Assembly: GCA_039030515.1 (NCBI GenBank)
Contig: JBCCEA010000006.1
Span: 32,001 to 96,000 of the forward strand
DNA length: 64,000 bases
DNA from: Myxococcota bacterium
GTDB taxonomy: Bacteria; Myxococcota_A; Polyangia; Polyangiales; Houyiibacteriaceae
Reading direction: 5' to 3'
Below, in pieces: positions 56,937 through 64,000 of this stretch. The position numbers and the translations under genes were made by a program. The notes beneath the pieces are model-generated. The model saw only the letters and a program-made list of their open reading frames with translations, ran no database searches and had not been told where the DNA came from. Positions within the stretch are counted from its first letter, which is position 1, and every line of letters starts with the position of its first letter.

Positions 56937-57725
56937 ATGCGCTCGCGATCGAATGCCGGATCCCTGTTTTTGCTCCTCGTCGCCTCGTGCGGAGGAGCGT
57001 CCGCTCGCGGTGAGGACGGTGTCGAAAAGCTCGCAGATGACGCCACCGCGCAACAAAGCTACGAGGACGCCCTCGCCGACTTCCGGGACGATCGCTGCAT
57101 CGACGCTGAACCGAGCTTCCGCCAGGTGCGTCGCGAATTCCCATACAGCCGTTTCGCCGCGCTAGCCGAGCTTCGAATCGCAGACTGCCTTTTGATGCAG
57201 GACAGCCACGCTGAAGCGATTCAGGCCTATCGGCAGTTTGTGCGTTTTCGCCCATCGCACCCGGAGGTGCCCTACGCTCGATTCAAGGTGGCGCAAGCCT
57301 ACTACGACCAAATCCCCACGAGCTGGTTTCTCGTCCCGCCCTCGTATGAACGCGATCAAGAACCCACGCGTCAGGCGCTTTCAAAGCTTCGCAGGTTCGT
57401 CGTCGACTTCCCTGAGGATCCCCGAATCCAGGAAGCGAAGGAGATGTCCGAGCGCTGCTTGCGTCTCTTGGCGCAGCATGAGTTTGCCATCGCCAAGTTT
57501 TACCGGCGTCAAGAAGCGGATCGGGCAGTGATCATACGCCTACGCACGCTACTTCGGACGTATGAGGGAAGTGGTTTGGAACCAGAGGCGCTGTGGATGC
57601 TCGGGCAAGCCCACGTTCGTATGGATCAGGTTGACCTTGCCCGAGAAGCGTTTCGCGAATTGATCTCTCGCTTCCCGCAGAGTGAACCCGCACAAAAGGC
57701 AAGAGAAGCCGTTCGCAGGCTTTGA
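56937..57725 (+). CDS. bamD: Outer membrane protein assembly lipoprotein BamD
   Basis: Lipobox VASC; FPYSRFAALAELRIAD, RDQEPT, LAQHEFAIAKFY. Confidence 0.88.
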   Translation: MRSRSNAGSLFLLLVASCGGASARGEDGVEKLADDATAQQSYEDALADFRDDRCIDAEPSFRQVRREFPYSRFAALAELRIADCLLMQDSHAEAIQAYRQFVRFRPSHPEVPYARFKVAQAYYDQIPTSWFLVPPSYERDQEPTRQALSKLRRFVVDFPEDPRIQEAKEMSERCLRLLAQHEFAIAKFYRRQEADRAVIIRLRTLLRTYEGSGLEPEALWMLGQAHVRMDQVDLAREAFRELISRFPQSEPAQKAREAVRRL

Positions 57726-57834
57726 ACCCTGGTTCTTCTGCTTCGCGCAGGCTGGTCGCGTTTGAGTCGTTGCCCGAGTTTGGATTCATTTCGTTGCGGC
57801 TCCATCCGGAAGCGGGATAGGCTGAGCGGAGATC

Positions 57835-58644
57835 ATGGACGAGCGAACCAAGCAGCTCCTCTCCCTGGGGCGCGAACACTACGATAAGCGCGAATTCGAT
57901 AAGGCAGGACACTATTTCCGTCAGCTTCTCGATCGAAACGTTCGCTTTGCCGATGTGTACAACATGATGGGGGTGATTCATCACGACTGCGGTCGATTTG
58001 AAGACGCTCAAAAGGCCTTCGAAGAGGCTTTGGCGATCAATCCTCAGTACACCGAAGCGGCTCTCAACTTGGCGGTGACGTACAACGATCTCGGTCGTTA
58101 CGACGACGCCAAGCAGATCTACCAGCAGGCGATCGTTCGGGGCAGCCTGGGTTCAGGGCAGCCAGATCCCTTCGTCAAAGGCAAGATCGCCAATCTTCAC
58201 GCTGAAGTAGCCCAGGCCTACGTGGATGCGGGTCTCGTTGCGGAAGCGATGCATGAATTGCGCAAGGCGGTGCTTCTTTGTCCTCAGTTTGCCGATCTAA
58301 GGCTCCGACTGGCCAATCTTTACCGTCAGCAGGGCGACTTGGATGCGGCGCGCTATGAGCTTGAAGAGGGGCTCAAGCGTAAGCCTGATTTCGTTCCGAT
58401 TCACGTGGCGTTGGGCGTGGTTCAGTTGGCGCTCGGCTCGGCTGAGAAGGCGATCGAGTGCTGGGAGGGAGCGCTTCGGCGGGATCCCAACAACAAGACG
58501 GCTCAGATGTATCTGCGCACGGTACGTACCGGTCGAGGAATGTCGATGGATTCTGAATTTCCTCGGGTAGCGACCTCGCTTTCGGACGAGGTTACCGCGG
58601 CGGCATCTCAGCTTCCAAAGGCCGATGCAGACGAATCGAGCTGA
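57835..58644 (+). CDS. Tetratricopeptide repeat protein
   Basis: ADVYNMMGVI...FEEALAINPQY and further TPR units. Confidence 0.88.
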   Translation: MDERTKQLLSLGREHYDKREFDKAGHYFRQLLDRNVRFADVYNMMGVIHHDCGRFEDAQKAFEEALAINPQYTEAALNLAVTYNDLGRYDDAKQIYQQAIVRGSLGSGQPDPFVKGKIANLHAEVAQAYVDAGLVAEAMHELRKAVLLCPQFADLRLRLANLYRQQGDLDAARYELEEGLKRKPDFVPIHVALGVVQLALGSAEKAIECWEGALRRDPNNKTAQMYLRTVRTGRGMSMDSEFPRVATSLSDEVTAAASQLPKADADESS

Positions 58645-58694
58645 TCGAGTACACCTCCGCGATCTTCGCGCCGACAACCTGAGCTTGGGACGCG

Positions 58695-60182
58695 ATGTCT
58701 GCCGGCTGCGGGGGCACATCGTTTGGTCGCGCGCTATCTAGAATGGCCCCAGGTTTTATAGGAGCTTTTGTGCACTGTCTTTGGAAACTTCAACTGCGAT
58801 CTCAGAGCGCTCCACCTGCGCGATCCCCGATCGCTCTTCACTGGAGATCAGTTCTTCAAACCTCGGCCCTGACTGCACTGGCCCTTGCAGTGGCGTGTAG
58901 CGACAGCGCTCGCGTAGAGGTGGACGCAGCCGTAGAGATGGATGCAGCCGTCGAGGACAGCGGAAAGGACAGCAGCATGGACAGCGGTGCGGACGGGGCT
59001 GCCGCGAGCTGTCCTGCGGAACCCCTGCCTGCACTGATAGGCGAAACCGTGACCGGCGGACTGACGATGCCTGTTTTCGTGACCCAAGCGCCGGGTACCG
59101 AGGACGGTACCCTTTGGATCCTTGAAAAAGGTGGGCGCATTCTCCTGCATCGGGATGGCGCACTGCTGCCTACTCCCTTTTTGGACCTCCGATCCAAGTT
59201 AGGCGAGGTTACGCTCAACGACGAACGCGGACTGCTCGGTTTGGCGTTTCATCCGCAGTATCAAACAAATCGAAGATTCTTTATCTACTACGCGCCTGCT
59301 AGTGGCGATGAAACCAACTTCAATATCGTTGCAGAATACCTGCGGTCTGAACCGGATCCCGACGTCGCCGACTCAGATGAGTTTGCCCGCTTGTTTGCGG
59401 AGCAGAGCCCTTTTTCGAATCATAATGGAGGTATGCTTGCGTTCCGACCAAGCGACGGCATGCTCTATGTTGGGATAGGCGATGGCGGTGGTGCGAACGA
59501 CCTCCGGCAGACTGCGCTCGACCTCGGCTCCCCCTTCGGGAAGTTGCTGCGTTTTGATCCGGATGTCGCCGGATATCTCCCGGAAGACAATCCGTTTCGC
59601 GATCGTGGTCGCGCCGATGTGTGGGCGTACGGATTGCGAAATCCATGGCGGTTTAGTTTTGATCGGGCGAACGACGACCTGTGGATAGGCGACGTGGGAC
59701 AAGACACCGCGGAGGAGATCAACCATCTGCCGGCTTCTGCCGGTGGCGCCAATTTCGGTTGGAGCTGCTTCGAAGGGGAAGCTCCTTTTGCCGCGACCGC
59801 CTACACGCCCTCCGAGTGCACAGCGCTGACCGCCGACCACGTGCCTCCCGTCTACTCCTTTGGCCACGGTCAGTTCCCCGGGGCAGCGCTCGTGACCGGA
59901 GCCTGTTCCGTGACCGGCGGGTACGTATACCGAGGCTCCGCGATCAAAGCGCTTCGTGGCTACTACGTGTTCACGGACTACTGCAGTGAAGTCATCGCGG
60001 CAGTGAAGCCGTGTGAAGAAGGAGGAGGGCTAGAGGAACAAGCGCTGAATATCGACTTGCCCGCCTCACGTCTTATTACCTCCTTCGGGGAGGATCTCGA
60101 CGGAGCCTTGTACATCGTGCGCCAGGATAGTGAGAATGACGCCGATGGAGCGATTTACCGTATCACGCTTGCCGAACCATAG
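58695..60182 (+). CDS. PQQ-dependent sugar dehydrogenase (GSDH family) lipoprotein
   Basis: ERGLLGLAFHP, NHNGG, GDGG, AYGLRNPWRFSFD, SVTGGYVYRG, SFGED; lipobox AVAC; true start downstream of 58695. Confidence 0.9.
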   Translation: MSAGCGGTSFGRALSRMAPGFIGAFVHCLWKLQLRSQSAPPARSPIALHWRSVLQTSALTALALAVACSDSARVEVDAAVEMDAAVEDSGKDSSMDSGADGAAASCPAEPLPALIGETVTGGLTMPVFVTQAPGTEDGTLWILEKGGRILLHRDGALLPTPFLDLRSKLGEVTLNDERGLLGLAFHPQYQTNRRFFIYYAPASGDETNFNIVAEYLRSEPDPDVADSDEFARLFAEQSPFSNHNGGMLAFRPSDGMLYVGIGDGGGANDLRQTALDLGSPFGKLLRFDPDVAGYLPEDNPFRDRGRADVWAYGLRNPWRFSFDRANDDLWIGDVGQDTAEEINHLPASAGGANFGWSCFEGEAPFAATAYTPSECTALTADHVPPVYSFGHGQFPGAALVTGACSVTGGYVYRGSAIKALRGYYVFTDYCSEVIAAVKPCEEGGGLEEQALNIDLPASRLITSFGEDLDGALYIVRQDSENDADGAIYRITLAEP

Positions 60183-60242
60183 AGGGCGTCGGCAGCGGAG
60201 ACGCTCAGGCCACTCGGCGTTCATAGCACCCGATAGGGAAAC

Positions 60243-61070
60243 TTGGGTCCTCTGGCTGTTTCGAGATCAAACTGCTACGTTTCTCAAGTGACACATGCCG
60301 AAAGACATAGTGCACTTCAGCTATGGCCGCTTTTAGGGCGGCCTACACACTACGCCTTATTCGCAGCGGCCGTTTGTGCTTTCTCATTTAGTTCAGGCTG
60401 CGCGGACGACTCAGACGCTCGAGGGCTTTCTGTCTTTGAGTTGCGTTTGGAGTTGCCCTCAACCCCTGAACGTCGTTACGCGCACGTTCAGGTCGAAGGG
60501 CGATTCCGTGATCCCCGTGGATCGTGGGACGACGTAGAGGTCTATACGTACGATCTGCAGTCGGTGCCCGTCGATGCCTCCGATCCCGATCACGGGTGTA
60601 ACGTCACTATTTCCATCTCTACCGAAAATCCCGACAGCATTCTATTCGCTCCTCCGATCGCAGGTGGTTTCGTTCGCGAGAACAACTTTGGAATGCAGGT
60701 GCGTACTCGGTTCTGCCAGCGAACCAATCCAGGTCGTTGCTCAGATACAGCGCCAACTTGGCTCTTCGACTTTGCAAACCCCTTCGTTCCTGAGCAAGCA
60801 ACGCTATTTCGAGCCGGGTTGGGGGGCAGTGCCTGTCTGGGCGGTGGTTGGAACGACGAGACCTATCGCTTGCGTTCAGACCTCTCTCCCGATCCATCTA
60901 CCGACGCCGAAGACCCAAGCTCAGAACTCTTCGAACCCTTACGCAATCTGATACAGCAGGACCCGGATCCCGTCTTAGAAGTCAACTACTACCGCCAGTG
61001 GAATGCAGAGGATTTTGTGCTCATCGGCGACTGTGCTCGAGGCGAGGATCTCAGAGACTGCACGCCGTGA
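60243..61070 (+). CDS. Hypothetical lipoprotein
   Basis: ALFAAAVCAFSFSSGC signal/lipobox; co-oriented with neighbours; start uncertain. Confidence 0.6.
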   Translation: MGPLAVSRSNCYVSQVTHAERHSALQLWPLLGRPTHYALFAAAVCAFSFSSGCADDSDARGLSVFELRLELPSTPERRYAHVQVEGRFRDPRGSWDDVEVYTYDLQSVPVDASDPDHGCNVTISISTENPDSILFAPPIAGGFVRENNFGMQVRTRFCQRTNPGRCSDTAPTWLFDFANPFVPEQATLFRAGLGGSACLGGGWNDETYRLRSDLSPDPSTDAEDPSSELFEPLRNLIQQDPDPVLEVNYYRQWNAEDFVLIGDCARGEDLRDCTP

Positions 61071-61163
61071 CTGCGATGCGACTTTCTTCGGACGAAGCAG
61101 GCCTCGAGCGGAATCGAATGGTGCGAGGCTTTCTCGGTAACCGATCGCAATCCCGGTGCTAGT

Positions 61164-62102
61164 GTGGCCACCACCATGATCGACGCATCCATCTCTCTTG
61201 CGGCCAAAGAGCCTACAGGACGCACATGGGAGCGCTATCTTGGCGTGCTTCTAAGCATATGGCTTTTTGGGTCGAACCCCGCACCGTCGGCGGCGCAGGA
61301 CCAGCAAGAAGAGACGCCTTCTCCGGCTGACTTTTCGACCGCTGAGGATCACGTTTCGACCGAGATGAACGATTCAGCGCGTCGCGCGTTCGCCGTAGCG
61401 CTGCGGGCTGCGCAGGAAGAACGTTGGGCGGATGCAGAAGCTGGATTTCGTCGCTCTTACGCGCTCAGCGGTGCTCGAGTGGCCCTGTTCAATCGGGCGA
61501 TGGCGCTCCGTGCGATGGGTCGAGACCTGGAAGCTCACGATGCGTTTGTAGACGTTCTCGAGGAGCATGGGCTCGAGGACGAAGCCGCTCGAGCTTGGAC
61601 CGAAAACGCGATCGTCGAGCTCAAGGCGAGGATCGCTACCCTGATCCTGGAAGATCTTGCGTCCGAGGTGCGCTTTCGCATCGTTGTCGACGGGAGCGAT
61701 GTGCTCGATCCAGGTCAGCGTCCTATTCCCATCAGGCTCAATGCAGGACGTCATAGTGTGCTGGTGCGTGCTGATGGATACGAACCCTTTATTTGGAGCG
61801 GATCGGTTCCTGGTGGAAATGTACAAAGCCTTCACGTACGGATGCAGGCTCTGAGTCCAGAACAGGTGGTCGATCTGGAGCAAGCGGTTGGTTCAGCGCC
61901 ATCCGGTAGCTCGGGGCCGGATGTCACTGCTGCGCTCCTTCTTGTCGACGAGGACGAAAAGCGTCCAACCTATCGCAATCCCTGGCTTTGGGGAACGGTG
62001 GGCACGGTGGTACTTGCCGGCATTGCCGTCGGACTTTGGTTGGGACTCAGGGATACAGACGATGACGGGACGATGCCGCTCGCTCCAGGTCCAACGCTCT
62101 AA
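61164..62102 (+). CDS. TPR + PEGA-like protein with C-terminal membrane anchor
   Basis: FRRSYAL...LFNRAMALRAMGR; LNAGRHSVLVRADGYEPF; YRNPWLWGTVGTVVLAG. Confidence 0.8.
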   Translation: MATTMIDASISLAAKEPTGRTWERYLGVLLSIWLFGSNPAPSAAQDQQEETPSPADFSTAEDHVSTEMNDSARRAFAVALRAAQEERWADAEAGFRRSYALSGARVALFNRAMALRAMGRDLEAHDAFVDVLEEHGLEDEAARAWTENAIVELKARIATLILEDLASEVRFRIVVDGSDVLDPGQRPIPIRLNAGRHSVLVRADGYEPFIWSGSVPGGNVQSLHVRMQALSPEQVVDLEQAVGSAPSGSSGPDVTAALLLVDEDEKRPTYRNPWLWGTVGTVVLAGIAVGLWLGLRDTDDDGTMPLAPGPTL

Positions 62103-62153
62103 TCGGTTTCCGCTTTTCAATTCGAAAAACAGATCTGCTAGCCTCTGCCCCTA

Positions 62154-62858
62154 ATGGCGACAGCGATGATCCAGCATGATCCGGACGAGTTTCGTCGCGG
62201 TAACGTACTGGGCAGCTCAGGGGTTTTGGCGAAGCTTGCCGATACAAGCTTTTCGAAGATCCTTCAGAGCAGCAAGCTCTACATCGTCAAGCGACTGGTC
62301 GCGCTCGACCTTGGCAATACGATCGCAGTTCTGGGTGCAGGGCGGGTTCGAATCGCACGCTCCAACGACACGGGGCACGTTCGATGGGTGGTTAGCGATT
62401 TTCGCAGACCTGGCGATCTGGTGGGAGAGGAGATTCTGGTCGGCCCTCCGCTAGGCAATGAATACATGATGGCGGAGCTCGGTGAGGTCGTTTTGATTCC
62501 CCGAGAGGTTCTCGCAGAGCTTCTATCGACGGATATCGGTTTTACGCGGGCTTTTCTCAAATACACCGCGCGACATCGGTTTCGAATGCAGAGTCGCTTT
62601 GAAGCGCTACTCACGCGGACCATCGAGAGCCGAATCGCCGCCTTTCTGTTGGAGGAAGCTCAGCGAGACGGTGTGCGAACGGGTTCGGGAATCAGGCTGC
62701 GCTGGAAATACACGCATGAAGAAATGGCGAGCTATATCGGCTCGACTCGCGAAACGCTCACCTCAACTTTGGGGGTGTTCAAGCGTGCCGGTTTGATCCG
62801 CTTTGAGCGTCGCTATGTCGTCGTCATCGATCGAGAGGCTCTCGAATCGAGGTCGTAG
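62154..62858 (+). CDS. Crp/Fnr-family transcriptional regulator
   Basis: PGDLVGE, IESRIAAFLL, THEEMASYIGSTRETLT HTH. Confidence 0.88.
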   Translation: MATAMIQHDPDEFRRGNVLGSSGVLAKLADTSFSKILQSSKLYIVKRLVALDLGNTIAVLGAGRVRIARSNDTGHVRWVVSDFRRPGDLVGEEILVGPPLGNEYMMAELGEVVLIPREVLAELLSTDIGFTRAFLKYTARHRFRMQSRFEALLTRTIESRIAAFLLEEAQRDGVRTGSGIRLRWKYTHEEMASYIGSTRETLTSTLGVFKRAGLIRFERRYVVVIDREALESRS

Positions 62859-62968
62859 CTGGGCATGGTGCGAACGGTGCAGAGCAAACAGGCGAGTAGC
62901 GGCTGTCTCGCAGAAAGCCCGCCGTTCGCTTGAGTGTTGCGCGCCAGTCTTCGAACACTGCTTCATCT

Positions 62969-64000
62969 TCACCGTAGTGTTATCGTCGTCTTTTTAGGGA
63001 TGTGGTCGGGCCCTACCCAACAGAAGACCTTATAGGTTTTGTTGTTGTGAGCGTGCTTGCCTATGGCGATGACGGTGTGGTCCCTGCCCTCAGAATCAGT
63101 TTTGATGAAGACGGTAAAGCCGCGGCTCCCGGGGCAGGTCACATGGCGGACGCGATCCATCGTGTGCACCAATCTCTGGGTGGCTTCCGGTAGCACACCT
63201 CCATCCACCCGATCTTGTTGCCCTCGACTTGCACTTAACTTGTTCAGGATCTGATCGGAAACCCGGTCTACATAGCGAAGAGGTCGATTGGTGCATACGG
63301 CCCCGCACGATGACCAAAAGCGGTTGTTCTCATCGCCCCAGCATAGCCGCTGTCCAGGGCATTGGGAGCCTTGCGGCAAAAGAGGACGAGCGCTGGGCGT
63401 TGTCGGTCCACGGGTCTTTCTTTTCGACTTTCTAGGCGGGCCGGGGGCTGCGCTTGTCGGGCCCGGGCCGGCAGCGGTTGGTGCCACGTGTAGAGCCACC
63501 GGCGGAGGAAGCGCAGAGGCGCCGCCCTTGACAGAATCCACCGCATGCGCTGATGGCGGGGCGTCGTTTGAAATCGGTCTTTGCGGCTGGAGAGCTCCTG
63601 CGGGCACTACTGTTTTGGCTTGGAGCGGATAGGAGCGTCGGGCATCGATCCCGCGGGCCATTCTTTGAATCTCTCTGGCCGCGGCGTATTGATCCTCAAG
63701 TTTGGCTACCTCCTCTAGGATGCTATCCAGCCGGGCTTCCGCACGGCTAAAGCCCTCTTTCGCCTCTTTCGATATTTGTTTGATGCGCTCGATGTGCCAG
63801 TCGTCGAGTTTGTCATACGAGAATGCCGTGACTGCTTGTTTGCGTGCCGTAAAAGCGTGCGCGTATAGAGGTTCAACGGACTGGAAGATACTCTCGAGTT
63901 CGGTCCAGTGTCTCACGAGCTCCTTGCCCAAAGGAGCGTTCAAAAGATATGGCGAATCGTGTGCGAATCTAAATCGGCCAAACCGTCGAAAGAGAGCATG
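62969..64000 (-). CDS. Hypothetical protein, 3' part (coiled coil, Pro-rich linker, small C-terminal domain)
   Basis: ORF 62969..63943 stays open in frame to the window end. Confidence 0.65.
   Translation of the reverse strand, partial: HALFRRFGRFRFAHDSPYLLNAPLGKELVRHWTELESIFQSVEPLYAHAFTARKQAVTAFSYDKLDDWHIERIKQISKEAKEGFSRAEARLDSILEEVAKLEDQYAAAREIQRMARGIDARRSYPLQAKTVVPAGALQPQRPISNDAPPSAHAVDSVKGGASALPPPVALHVAPTAAGPGPTSAAPGPPRKSKRKTRGPTTPSARPLLPQGSQCPGQRLCWGDENNRFWSSCGAVCTNRPLRYVDRVSDQILNKLSASRGQQDRVDGGVLPEATQRLVHTMDRVRHVTCPGSRGFTVFIKTDSEGRDHTVIAIGKHAHNNKTYKVFCWVGPDHIPKKTTITLR

Overview
GC-rich bacterial chromosome segment, most likely Myxococcota (inferred from three Hanks-type Ser/Thr kinases, Cys-rich lipoproteins, a TPR/PEGA protein and an RpoH-like sigma). 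About 45 CDS. No rRNA, tRNA, CRISPR array, transposase or integrase was seen. Housekeeping genes: ccmAB, a dicarboxylate/amino-acid symporter, sthA, nadE, queD, bamD, a tandem FKBP and two L,D-transpeptidases. Notable blocks: (1) 5.9-11.9 kb, four co-oriented exported proteins: a lipoprotein with a very long Ser/Thr-rich beta-hairpin resembling a pore-forming-toxin stem, an Ig/PPC lipoprotein with a hairpin MITE at its 5' end, and two proteins sharing a single 'half-TolC'-like repeat. (2) 15.7-25.3 kb, an aryl-carotenoid cassette with a CrtI-CrtB fusion and Streptomyces-like crtT/U/V. (3) 33.2-35.9 kb, a B12-binding photoreceptor-like regulator coupled to a sigma-32-like factor and a desaturase. 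(4) 43.1-48.8 kb, an AT-richer tandem family of diverged ORFans sharing an unrecognised ~135-aa domain, Pro-rich linkers and NLS-like motifs. It includes an unannotated pseudogene and a co-duplicated fragment of the sthA 5' end. Short tandem duplications (8-24 bp units) occur at many gene ends. All family calls come from motif recognition by eye; no database search was run.
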